A DNA stretch of 20,000 nt from an uncultured virus (IMG/VR IMGVR_UViG_3300042564_001198) (lineage: Duplodnaviria > Heunggongvirae > Uroviricota > Caudoviricetes): the IMG/VR virus record IMGVR_UViG_3300042564_001198. One strand, given 5' to 3'. Shown piece after piece: positions 1-8,517 of the stretch. The notes under the pieces were generated by a model. It made no database searches. It was not told the origin of the DNA and worked only from the letters and a program-made list of their open reading frames with translations. Position 1 is the stretch's first letter, and every line of letters starts with the position of its first letter. Position numbers and translations under genes: made by a program.

Positions 1-32
1 TTTTGAATTTGGAAACGACCGAATTGAGCCAT
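1..32 (-). CDS. N-terminal codons of probable major capsid protein (runs off window)
   Basis: ATG at 32 with AAGGA RBS, open to the window edge (MAQFGRFQIQ); follows the head decoration gene in a portal-protease-scaffold-decoration order. Confidence 0.55.
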   Translation of the reverse strand, partial: MAQFGRFQIQ

Positions 33-67
33 TATTTAGAATCCTTATTGAGAAATAATAACGGCTA

Positions 68-562
68 TTAGACGCCGTAGAAAGTAGAAGTAACAGCGCC
101 CAGTACAGACTTGACAGCGATGTTTTGTTTTTCGAGTTGTGCAATCAGAGAGTTCTGTTTAGCTGCGTTTAAGCCAGCATCAAAACGTAAGCCTGATTTC
201 TTAACAGAAGCAGCACCACGGAACAGCAGAACCACTTTGTCACCAGCAGTAGTAACAGATACGTCACCACGAACATCACCCAGAGCATCGAAGCCAACTA
301 CGACACCAAATTTAGCGCCGTTAGCTACAGCACCATCGTTCGCTGGAACGTTGACTGCATCACCAGTGAAATCACCAGCAACAGGTTGACGGTAAGCTAC
401 CAGAGTGTTGTCCCAAATAACAACTTGACCTACACGGTAGGTTTTGGTAGAAGCTTCATCAACGTTTACGTTATGTTGGTAGTTGAAGTTTTCAACCAAT
501 GGGAAGATGTCCTGCATCAGAACATCTGACAGAACTGGACTAGAAGTTGCAATAACAGCCAT
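68..562 (-). CDS. Head decoration/stabilisation protein
   Basis: 164 aa, Val/Ala/Gly-rich, AAGGA RBS; lies between scaffold and probable capsid gene. Confidence 0.7.
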   Translation of the reverse strand: MAVIATSSPVLSDVLMQDIFPLVENFNYQHNVNVDEASTKTYRVGQVVIWDNTLVAYRQPVAGDFTGDAVNVPANDGAVANGAKFGVVVGFDALGDVRGDVSVTTAGDKVVLLFRGAASVKKSGLRFDAGLNAAKQNSLIAQLEKQNIAVKSVLGAVTSTFYGV

Positions 563-581
563 TATTGTTTATCCTTTATAA

Positions 582-1520
582 TTAGTAAGGTTTGTTTAAT
601 TCTGCTGCGAATGCAGCTTTCTTAACTTGTTCTGGAGACACTTCATCACCAGATGTGGTTTCTTCGAACAGGTCAGATTTTTCTACCAGTTCTTTTTTAG
701 CTTGCAGAGATTTAATCACTACTTCAGCCGCTTCTGGGCTGGTGGCTTTCATTACGAATAATGATTTAGCAACAGTAGTTAATTCTTCAGCAGATACTAA
801 GTCTTTCAGAGTTTCTTGGAATGCTTCAAATTCAGCAGCTTCTTTTTCTTCTTTAGCTTTCTGTACTTGATTACGCAGTTCAACTACTTCCACTTCCAGA
901 GCAGATTTCTCAACTTTGAGTTGAGTAGCTTCTGCTACGGCAGCTTCGTGAGCTTGCTCGACTTGTTCTAATTGCTCGTAGCGAGCTTTTTCTACTTGGA
1001 TTTTCAAGGGGTCTTCCTCGTTTTGTTGTTGTAAAGATTTCTCGATTTGAGACTGGATAGTAGTGATAGCAATAAAGTCTTCATCACTAATTGTTTGGTT
1101 TGGGTTTTCGCTGAGAGACTTCATAATAGTGAACTGAGCTACACGCTCTGTAATCCACTTCTCATGTTCTTTCTCCCAATCGTATTCACCATCAGAAGAT
1201 TCACGTTCAGCTTTGTTTGCTTCAAACTCTGTTTCAAAACCTAACAGCTTTGTAAGGGTTTCCGCGTCAGAACTCCACATATCAAAGAACTTACGTAAGA
1301 ATTCTTCCATTGACATTGTTACAGTAATCTGTTCTAATGCTTTCTGTACTTTCACTACGTCAGTTGGTTGGATACCAACATTGGTCCCTTTTGTACAAAT
1401 TAGTTTGTACCCATTCGCGGCATTTCCTTGGTCTTTAGACACAAGGGCTACATGAGCACCATGTGTATCGAAGTCAAAGTTGAAAAGCTTACGCTTTGCT
1501 TTCTGTTTGCTAATTGTCAT
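582..1520 (-). CDS. Capsid scaffolding protein
   Basis: 312 aa; N-terminal AKRKLFNFDF..GAHVALV..QG.AANG, long acidic coiled-coil C-half; start overlaps protease stop. Confidence 0.7.
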   Translation of the reverse strand: MTISKQKAKRKLFNFDFDTHGAHVALVSKDQGNAANGYKLICTKGTNVGIQPTDVVKVQKALEQITVTMSMEEFLRKFFDMWSSDAETLTKLLGFETEFEANKAERESSDGEYDWEKEHEKWITERVAQFTIMKSLSENPNQTISDEDFIAITTIQSQIEKSLQQQNEEDPLKIQVEKARYEQLEQVEQAHEAAVAEATQLKVEKSALEVEVVELRNQVQKAKEEKEAAEFEAFQETLKDLVSAEELTTVAKSLFVMKATSPEAAEVVIKSLQAKKELVEKSDLFEETTSGDEVSPEQVKKAAFAAELNKPY

Positions 1521-2044
1521 TTAATTTCCTGCCCGTAAGCTTCACAATAAACGCTCAAGCCTGTGAACGTACCATCCTTCACTTTAGGCCAAATTACATC
1601 TTCAGCTAATTCATCTGGTTCAGGGAAGTACCATTCTTGCAACCAAGTGTTCTTGCGAATAGTCACTTGCTCACCTTCTGGATTCTCGATAATAAATTCA
1701 ACTGGAGAAGTATAAGACTGCTCGATAATGGCTAAGTCAGAATCAAGCATTACGCTGTGCATCAGATTAGCTTTCATGCAGTGAACGTTGAATGAGCGAC
1801 AAGCTTCGATAACGTCTTGGTCAAAGTAAACATCACCATGTAAGTCTTCTGTTTCTGCCTCAGACTCTTGTGGAGCTAATACAACGAACAATGCTCGACG
1901 TTCTTCAACGTCCACAGACTTACGTACCTGAACACCTTCTGGTGTAGTGACATCGCTCTCAATAACTTGCTTATGGTTTTCACTATCACCGATAGCCATG
2001 TCCAACAAGTCAGTAAACATTTTGATTAGTTTTTCTTTGTTCAT
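1517..2044 (-). CDS. Prohead protease (XkdF-like serine peptidase)
   Basis: 175 aa with DLHGD, ANLMH and VKDGTFTGLSV motifs; directly follows portal. Confidence 0.75.
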   Translation of the reverse strand: MNKEKLIKMFTDLLDMAIGDSENHKQVIESDVTTPEGVQVRKSVDVEERRALFVVLAPQESEAETEDLHGDVYFDQDVIEACRSFNVHCMKANLMHSVMLDSDLAIIEQSYTSPVEFIIENPEGEQVTIRKNTWLQEWYFPEPDELAEDVIWPKVKDGTFTGLSVYCEAYGQEIK

Positions 2045-2793
2045 GCAGAATTTGCCATATTTCTTGTAGAGTTAGGATTCTTCAACTGACTTGTACCTGT
2101 ACCACTAGAACCACCACTCTCACCAACACGGGCTGTGTCAGGGGTGAGCTTAGCTAACAGTTCTTCTTCAGTGAGCTTCTCGATCTCTGTTGTATCGAAC
2201 CCAGTCATCTTGTGTGCTTGAATAATGATTGACTTATCTTTAACCATCATACCAACACCAGCCATCAACTGAACCACTTTAGCATTGTTCTCTGGGTCAG
2301 CTTCATCCAGCTCACCAAACGTCATCACTGGCATATCATCTTCTTCAAGTTTCAGTTCATTAATGTCTGCAAGAGACTTAACAAACTCACGCTCAAATAC
2401 TGTTTTAATATACATCAGCATACGTTCCATGTAGAAAGCATGGACACTGCGAGAACTATCTGATAGACTGTGTGAACCTGTATCACCTTGACCAACCAGA
2501 AGGAAGGAAGCACCTAATACGTTAAGAATATCTTTCTTACGAGCTTCGATTAGTTCAGAGGTTTTATAGGCTTTACTGCCACCATCGACACCCTTCAGTT
2601 CAACATCGTAAACGTATTTACCGTTACCTGTTTCACCATGTGTATCTGATCCTAAGAGGATATATGTTTGATCGCCAGCATGAATAGCAGCAGCATTCTT
2701 TTGTAATGCTCTGAGTGTTTTTGCTTCTAAGCTCTGATCATCTTCAGCAGCTTTATTGATGTGGTCATTCGGGACACGTAATACAAGGACACC
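2041..2793 (-). CDS. Portal protein, exon 2 (250 aa; spliced protein 505 aa)
   Basis: Joins in frame to exon 1 after intron removal (VSKDLG|GVLVLRVP); portal-like C-half (ILNVLGASFLLVGQGDTGSHSLS). Confidence 0.85.
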   Translation of the reverse strand, partial: GVLVLRVPNDHINKAAEDDQSLEAKTLRALQKNAAAIHAGDQTYILLGSDTHGETGNGKYVYDVELKGVDGGSKAYKTSELIEARKKDILNVLGASFLLVGQGDTGSHSLSDSSRSVHAFYMERMLMYIKTVFEREFVKSLADINELKLEEDDMPVMTFGELDEADPENNAKVVQLMAGVGMMVKDKSIIIQAHKMTGFDTTEIEKLTEEELLAKLTPDTARVGESGGSSGTGTSQLKNPNSTRNMANSA

Positions 2794-3049
2794 CATTTGT
2801 TCAAAGTGAGTCGTTAATTCACTCCAGCGACATTATTCGCTTCTCTATGTTTCCATAAAGTTCAGACTATATCTTCATCCTATAAGGATGCTTCCCATTT
2901 CGAGCTACTTAGCCCTACGGCTTACGCCTAGTCGTTACACGTTCTCATTACTGAGCTTCGCTCGGTATTGTCTCCAACATTACTTGGTAAGAGTTTCACC
3001 GAATTAGAAAAGTTATTCAATGTGCATTACTACACAAGGGGGCAGTTCT
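2794..3049 (-). ncRNA. Group I self-splicing intron (256 nt, IA-like, no ORF) in portal gene
   Basis: 5' exon ends GGGU pairing with IGS GCCC; core UCGGUGAAAC, CAAUACCGAGC, GUAACGACUA, AAGAUAUAGUC; P3 CUUUUC/GGGAAG; P7.1 and P7.2 hairpins; P9 GAAA loop; terminal G at 2794; phase-0 join. Confidence 0.92.
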
Positions 3050-3814
3050 ACCCAAGTCCTTGCTCACCCCAACAACCTCATAGCTTGTAATCATTTCAAG
3101 CTCTTTCCAAGATTTAAAGCAGTCGTATAGATCTGATTTACCTTGAGGGTTGTTACCTGTACTGTTCCAACTAAACAACATAAACTTTTCTCTACGAACA
3201 AATTTATCTGTTAAGTTTTGTACAGTGAAAGGGTTGATATTACTTTGTCCAATAACTGTAGCTGGCATCCATTGATGTAAACCAACTAAGTCTCGCTTCA
3301 ATACAGCATCATCAAACACCCACTCACGAACACTCTTTTGAGCGCGAGGAGCAAGCTTTGCGTATTTGTATTTATATTTACCAGACCACTTAATACTATC
3401 ATTCTTTGCAAAGACTTTCTCAAGCCAAGCGAATCCATATTTACGGAATGTGATAATATTTGTGATGGCATCGTACCAACTGTTACCGACGAAGTTCTTG
3501 ATGTTCCAGTTGAGGAAGGCAGCAAAATCTTTTGACTCTTGACTTCCTGATACACCTGCGATAAACTTTGTAGCAAGTAGGGACTTCGTAAGGAATACTT
3601 CACCAGCGGTTAAGCCTTGGCTAACAGCAGAGGTAGAAGCCATCTTATCGTATGTGGTGAGGCTATGAGGAAACTGCAATTCTTTCTTAGCAGATTCTTC
3701 AATGTAGCCCCCGATGGCTTTTAGATATGGATTGCCGATCTCCCCTAAGCGAAGACGACTGTCTGAGCTAGAGGGATTAGATTCAGCTTTCTCAATTTGA
3801 ATTGTTTCTGACAT
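3050..3814 (-). CDS. Portal protein, exon 1 (255 aa)
   Basis: GAGG RBS; follows terL; portal-like segments (YGFAWLEKV, KLAPRAQ, NPQGKSDL); last 10 aa of listed ORF are intron read-through. Confidence 0.85.
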
Positions 3815-3826
3815 TATCCCCTCAGA

Positions 3827-5293
3827 TTATGAATTAAGGTCATATTGCGCTTTGATTGTGGGATCGTTGAGAGCGGTTAGTTTTGGGACTGTGTAAGTTT
3901 TGACACGGCACAGGAAATTAAAACAATCTGCTGTTGTATCAACCCAATCATCTTTGATTTTTCTGCTGCTGCGCCACTTACCGTCTTCGTTTGGTTGAAA
4001 TTGTTCAAGCTCTCTGTAGAAAGCATTCAGCGTCCTAGTATCAGGAAAACTATCTTCTACTATAAACACCAGACCAGATTGTGCCGCAGATAAGAAAGGT
4101 TCAAAGCGAGAAGATTTACTTCTTGTACCAGATGCGGCAGAAGGGTATATTTTAAATCCTTCGGCAACAAACTTCTTGGCAATCTCTTGAAACACTTGCT
4201 TTCCGTCTGCTCCGGCATCCTGAGCTAATACTACTTTAGTCTCTCTACCATCATGTTTGGCTTGCAGTAGCATTAATTGGTCTCGCTCACCGGCAGCTTT
4301 TCTAAACTTCCCATAAACTTGTTCGTGTTCATCGAAAGTAGTTTTAGCAAAGTCACCATATATGTAGTAAAATCCATTACTGTCTTTAGCCATGTGAATA
4401 CAAGCGGTAAAGTCTGCGTCTGTATTTTTAATCTTAGGACTATACTCTGTGTTAGCTTTATCCCAAGCTACTACTCTTTGACAACCTTCCGGTAAGGATT
4501 TTTTGACCCTTTCCCCATGTTGTCCCCTGAGCCATTTTCTGTCGAAGAATTTTATCTTGTCACTCTCGCTGTGCCAATTTCCGAAAAGCTGGCTGGCTCT
4601 TTCATGCTCAGGTAAATTTTGAAGTTCAGACAGATAGCGCGGGTTGAGTCGGATGAGTATTGGGTTATCAAAAATTGTTAGTTGCACAAAGCAAAACTTT
4701 TTAGGTGGTACATACATTTGCTCATTAGTGGACGGGTTGGTTATATACACCGTCTCCGGCATGTTTTCACTAAACCATTCTTCACTATCGGCAAATATAA
4801 AGTCATTATCTTTTACTACGTACCAACGAATTTGTCCATTCTTAGCCTTATCAACAAAACCCTCATCATCGAGATACCACTTAACTAGGTCATATACCCA
4901 GTTCTCCCTGTGGGGGTTACACGTTCCGATGCAAACAGAGTTCATGTTCGCTTCCGAGCGCAAAGTTGTAAGTAAAAATAAAAGAGCCTCTTTCGGGACT
5001 TGGGTGATTTCATCCACACCCAAATAGCTAAGTTGCAAGCCGCGCATTTTTTCAGCGTCAGAAAGATTTGAAATAGCTTTGTATCGAATCTTACAACCAG
5101 AAGGAAATTGATAATATGGTGGTGGAGATTTGATAGGTCTTGCACCAAGGAGAGGGTAGTATTTGTATGCAGTCTCCCACAAACCACCAGCACCTGTCAA
5201 TTGGTCATACTGAACACGGACAAACATTCCGTTGAATCGTGGATCATCTCGCCACATTAGAGGTATCTGAGTTATTACTTCAGACTTGCCGCC
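3827..5293 (-). CDS. terL: Terminase large subunit, exon 2 (488 aa; spliced protein 535 aa)
   Basis: GGKS end of Walker A, Walker B LGVDE, GTCNP motif, nuclease AWDKA and KDDWVD motifs. Confidence 0.92.
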   Translation of the reverse strand, partial: GGKSEVITQIPLMWRDDPRFNGMFVRVQYDQLTGAGGLWETAYKYYPLLGARPIKSPPPYYQFPSGCKIRYKAISNLSDAEKMRGLQLSYLGVDEITQVPKEALLFLLTTLRSEANMNSVCIGTCNPHRENWVYDLVKWYLDDEGFVDKAKNGQIRWYVVKDNDFIFADSEEWFSENMPETVYITNPSTNEQMYVPPKKFCFVQLTIFDNPILIRLNPRYLSELQNLPEHERASQLFGNWHSESDKIKFFDRKWLRGQHGERVKKSLPEGCQRVVAWDKANTEYSPKIKNTDADFTACIHMAKDSNGFYYIYGDFAKTTFDEHEQVYGKFRKAAGERDQLMLLQAKHDGRETKVVLAQDAGADGKQVFQEIAKKFVAEGFKIYPSAASGTRSKSSRFEPFLSAAQSGLVFIVEDSFPDTRTLNAFYRELEQFQPNEDGKWRSSRKIKDDWVDTTADCFNFLCRVKTYTVPKLTALNDPTIKAQYDLNS

Positions 5294-5503
5294 CAAGTCT
5301 CAGTTATGTGTTCGCTAGGCACTTCCACCGTTTCCGGTGTTGTCGGACTATATCTTATGCAATAAAGCATCCCTACGTTTTCATGTCGCTTGACATTACT
5401 TTAGTCTCTACACCCACGAATCTAATCGTTCGGCTCGGTATTGCCCTCGTCTATACGTTAGGGTTTCACCGACTTAGCAGGGTTACGTGGCAGCGGTCTA
5501 TTT
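5294..5503 (-). ncRNA. Group I self-splicing intron (210 nt, no ORF) in terL Walker A
   Basis: P1 CGUGGU/GCCACG with U.G at splice site; P10 CCGCU/GGCGG; P3 CCCUGC/GUAGGG; UCGGUGAAAC, CAAUACCGAGC, GUAGAGACUA, AAGAUAUAGUCC; P9 CACCG-GAAA-CGGUG; terminal G at 5294. Confidence 0.93.
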
Positions 5504-5644
5504 ACCACGCGAACCACCGATGATCATGAAATCTACTTCGGTAGCTCTTTTGAATACAAGTTCTTGCATTGGAGAACAAGGTCCAATCTCTACAATCTCT
5601 TTTGGAGGAGCCTTGTTCGTTACTTTAGGTCTTTTGTTACTCAT
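5504..5644 (-). CDS. terL: Terminase large subunit, exon 1 (47 aa, not in ORF track)
   Basis: AAGGAG RBS then MSNKRPKVTNKAPPKEIVEIGPCSPMQELVFKRATEVDFMIIGGSRG; splicing restores GGSRGGGKS. Confidence 0.9.
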
Positions 5645-5696
5645 ATTTCTCCTTTTTTATAATGCACTAATTAAATGCACTATAGAAAAGAGCCAG

Positions 5697-6659
5697 CTAT
5701 AAAAGCTGGTCTTCATATTCATACACTATAGATAATATCTTAGATAAATTAGAGAGGTACGTTGTCTCTACATAACCGTGCTTCATATCTACTTTCGAAA
5801 CTACCTTTCTTATAATATCTTTACTTCTGTAGACTTTATTCTCAATGTCCAGTGCTGTATAACCACTAGCAAAATTGAACAAATACATAGGCTCTATATC
5901 AAAGGTAGAGTAGCGTCTGATTTCCTTCAAACGCCTTTCCATATTATTTGTAACACCAAACTTTATAACATCGTCAGTTACTTTAAGTATGTAGAATGTT
6001 CCTGATTTCTGTGGTTGAAAACCACTTCCACCACATAGAGGACAACCTTTACCTTGAACATGATTGTCTGGTGTTATACTAAATTCACCATGTGTAGGGC
6101 AGGTGACAATCACTTTTTGTTTACAGTTCTTGAATTCTGAAACAGTAGAATAGTCGTATAAATCGCCGTGAACTGCTTTGAATTTAAGAATATAACTTTC
6201 ACGACCTTTGTTGTGAAGATGACCTTTTCTTATATTGAAGCAACTTGGACAACCATGCCCAGACATTAAATTATTTGGCTTTGCTCTGAAAGTATGACCT
6301 TCCTTACAAGTCACCTCTATGTGTACAGAAGCTCTCTCGTATTTTGCATTACTAAAATCAAAACCATGTGCAGGGAATTTAGCGTCCAACTTTTTAATAA
6401 ACTCGTGCAGATTACTTGAAGCCACTTTAGATTTATATTCTCTTAGGCAGTCACAGCATCCAATCCCACCTAACATCATTGATTGAGCATCTTGCCAATA
6501 TGTGTTGCCGTGCTTGATACAAGTCACTTCGCACTTCTCGTGCTGAGTCAGGTAAACAAGGTTAGAATAGTCTAACTCTATTTTCTGGTTCTCTTTACAT
6601 TTTTCAATAAATTGTTCTTGTGTAAGACGACGATATTTACCTTTCCGCTTCTCTTTCAA
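5697..6659 (-). CDS. Free-standing homing endonuclease: repeated Zn-binding modules plus C-terminal GIY-YIG (T5orf172-like) domain
   Basis: Three CxxH/EG...GCxxC repeats; C-terminal FYILK..IKFGVTNNMERRLKE..GYVE; TTG start after AGGA. Confidence 0.75.
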   Translation of the reverse strand: MKEKRKGKYRRLTQEQFIEKCKENQKIELDYSNLVYLTQHEKCEVTCIKHGNTYWQDAQSMMLGGIGCCDCLREYKSKVASSNLHEFIKKLDAKFPAHGFDFSNAKYERASVHIEVTCKEGHTFRAKPNNLMSGHGCPSCFNIRKGHLHNKGRESYILKFKAVHGDLYDYSTVSEFKNCKQKVIVTCPTHGEFSITPDNHVQGKGCPLCGGSGFQPQKSGTFYILKVTDDVIKFGVTNNMERRLKEIRRYSTFDIEPMYLFNFASGYTALDIENKVYRSKDIIRKVVSKVDMKHGYVETTYLSNLSKILSIVYEYEDQLL

Positions 6660-6664
6660 TTTAA

Positions 6665-7315
6665 AATCCTATTAATCAAATACTCCCCGCGCATTGGCGC
6701 GGGTCTGTTCACAAACCCAGCACAGAGAATATTTGTTAATAGAATCTCTGTGAACAATTTTTCGTGCCGAAGCACCAAGCCACGCCAATAGCCTGTACAA
6801 CAAAATGAAATAACCAACGTACTTACGCAGAGGTTGGTTACATATTATAAGGCTTCAATGAGCCAAACAACTTAAGTGCTTTTAAGCAATAACAGATTAA
6901 CGGACTGCTCTAAGTGCCCCAACGACACATTCCGTCGATTGTTTCACTTTATTTATACACGTTAACCGTAGCCATCGATAGCATCAATCGTGTTATATCT
7001 ATCCCACAATTAAACTTTTACTCCCCACGAGGGAAACCTTATTACAGGGAAGTAGGCAACCTAAACAGTCCAGCTCTAATTGCTCTATGTGTAGGGTTGG
7101 GTCAGCCTTTTTGTTAACACCGGTATTCATTCCTAGTGGAATCTACAGAATGCTAAATTAGGGAGTCTGCCGCTACCAGACCAACACATTATTCACTCTT
7201 ATAGTTGTCCATGTGTTATGGCGCTTGCACGGATTCCATCTGTATTTAAAGCCCTAGGGAACGTATTCGAGGGCTATCAGCAAACCACATCCCATGTGAG
7301 GATGCTGAATTCTTT
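6665..7315 (-). ncRNA. Candidate large structured non-coding RNA (~650 nt)
   Basis: No credible ORF; many stems incl. GUGC-UUCG-GCAC (6764-6775), 6811-6818/6833-6840 with inner GUAA loop, long-range GGACUGUUU/GAGCAGUCC; most G.U pairs favour the minus strand. Confidence 0.55.
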
Positions 7316-7321
7316 TAAATA

Positions 7322-7438
7322 TTAAGGACCAACAATATCCACATCTAACCAACCATCATTAATTACTGGAGGCCACTCATCAGAGATACCTTCACCATAA
7401 CCAACGTCAAGGTCTAAACCCCAATCTTGTTCTTTCAT
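7322..7438 (-). CDS. 38 aa acidic, Trp-rich peptide (not in ORF track)
   Basis: GAGGA RBS just after upstream stop; MKEQDWGLDLDVGYGEGISDEWPPVINDGWLDVDIVGP. Confidence 0.65.
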   Translation of the reverse strand: MKEQDWGLDLDVGYGEGISDEWPPVINDGWLDVDIVGP

Positions 7439-7447
7439 AATTCCTCC

Positions 7448-7894
7448 TTATGATTTCTTAGCTTTAGCAGCAGCCTTCTTCACAACAGGCTTAGCTTCTT
7501 GAACAGGGGCTTCTACTGTTGTGTCAACCACTACTTCCGTAGCCTGTTCTGCTTCAATTGTAGCTGCTTCTACTACGTCTGTCAAATCTTTTTCGATTAC
7601 AGACATCATAAATACATACTTTCTATCGAAGATAAATGTTACACGAAGTAATGTGCTAACAATACTACGAATATCATCTTCTGTCAAATCTTTTGCATTG
7701 GCTACAACGTAATCTACTACTTCATGTAACTGAGCAAATCGAATAGTATTACCACCAACACTATAATCGGTGCTAACATTGGTAAACATTTTTCCATTAA
7801 TTTCTTTCCAGAAATCAGCATATGTTCCATTCTTCACTGCTTCATAAATTGCTGGCAAGAAGCTACTCACGCCATGATAAGTTAAATTCTTCAT
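7448..7894 (-). CDS. Hypothetical protein with Lys/Ala-rich tail
   Basis: 148 aa, CAGGA RBS. Confidence 0.75.
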   Translation of the reverse strand: MKNLTYHGVSSFLPAIYEAVKNGTYADFWKEINGKMFTNVSTDYSVGGNTIRFAQLHEVVDYVVANAKDLTEDDIRSIVSTLLRVTFIFDRKYVFMMSVIEKDLTDVVEAATIEAEQATEVVVDTTVEAPVQEAKPVVKKAAAKAKKS

Positions 7895-7923
7895 TGTGTT
7901 TCCTGTGTAAATTACATTCTCTT

Positions 7924-8052
7924 AAAAATAAAAGCCCCGTTACGACGAGGAGAGGTGTGCAGAGGAGGATGCACCATCGTAACGGGGAAGGAGGGAACAC
8001 ATCACTGTGTTTTATTTTAATCGCTACCTTATGGTGATAGCTGGAGGAGAGA
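7924..8052 (-). ncRNA. Candidate small RNA / long terminator with CCUCCU-rich loops
   Basis: 11-bp stem 7935-7945/7977-7987 followed by a U-tract on the minus strand; four CUCCU-containing tracts in loops and linkers. Confidence 0.5.
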
Positions 8053-8090
8053 AGTAATGAAAATTGGTTACTTGCGGGAATGTAATTGAA

Positions 8091-8453
8091 TTAGCTTACA
8101 GCGCCAAATTTAACAACTACACCTTCGTATGTTTCTTCTTGTGTATCAGCCATGTCATCGACATCTGATTGCTTAGCTCGTTGAAGCTCCACTTTCTCAT
8201 TGTGGATAAGAAGCTCAAACCATTTACCGCTGAGGTAAACGTGAATCTTGATAGCTGCTCCAACATCACCGCGTTCTTCTAACGTAGCTGCAAGCTCTTG
8301 TAATTTCTTTAAGGATTGGGGACCGGCTAGTGACAACATAGATTCTAATTTAGCCTTAGAATGCTTACCTTTACTGCCAGTAGGTCTCCCATTTCTATTT
8401 CCGCTAACTCCTTTGCGGAACTTGCCTTTGTCATCACGAATTTCGTCTGTCAT
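8091..8453 (-). CDS. Probable terminase small subunit (DUF5681-like N-terminus)
   Basis: RDDKGKFRKGVSGNRNGRPTGSK motif; GAGGA RBS; upstream of terL. Confidence 0.65.
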   Translation of the reverse strand: MTDEIRDDKGKFRKGVSGNRNGRPTGSKGKHSKAKLESMLSLAGPQSLKKLQELAATLEERGDVGAAIKIHVYLSGKWFELLIHNEKVELQRAKQSDVDDMADTQEETYEGVVVKFGAVS

Positions 8454-8476
8454 ATTATATTCCTCTTACATCCACT

Positions 8477-8505
8477 AATGTATCATTGACTTCTTGATTT
8501 GTCAA
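8477..8505 (-). promoter_or_regulatory. Sigma70-like promoter for putative terS
   Basis: TTGACA-17bp-TACATT. Confidence 0.6.
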
Positions 8506-8517
8506 GAGATATTTAAT

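Noticed and set aside
2041..3814. Portal as two genes, a pseudogene or a programmed frameshift
   Set aside because: The gap has a full group I intron core and its removal gives a clean in-frame join
3827..5296. TTG 5296 as the terL start (likewise ATG 2796 for portal part 2)
   Set aside because: No RBS; these triplets are the last intron bases ending in the terminal G, and terL would lack half of Walker A
6683..6705. Hairpin CCCGCGCCAATGCGCGGGGA resembling a type I-E CRISPR repeat (possible RNA anti-CRISPR)
   Set aside because: Single copy, four extra bases in the hairpin, no ATAAACCG handle; GC-rich hairpin similarity is probably chance
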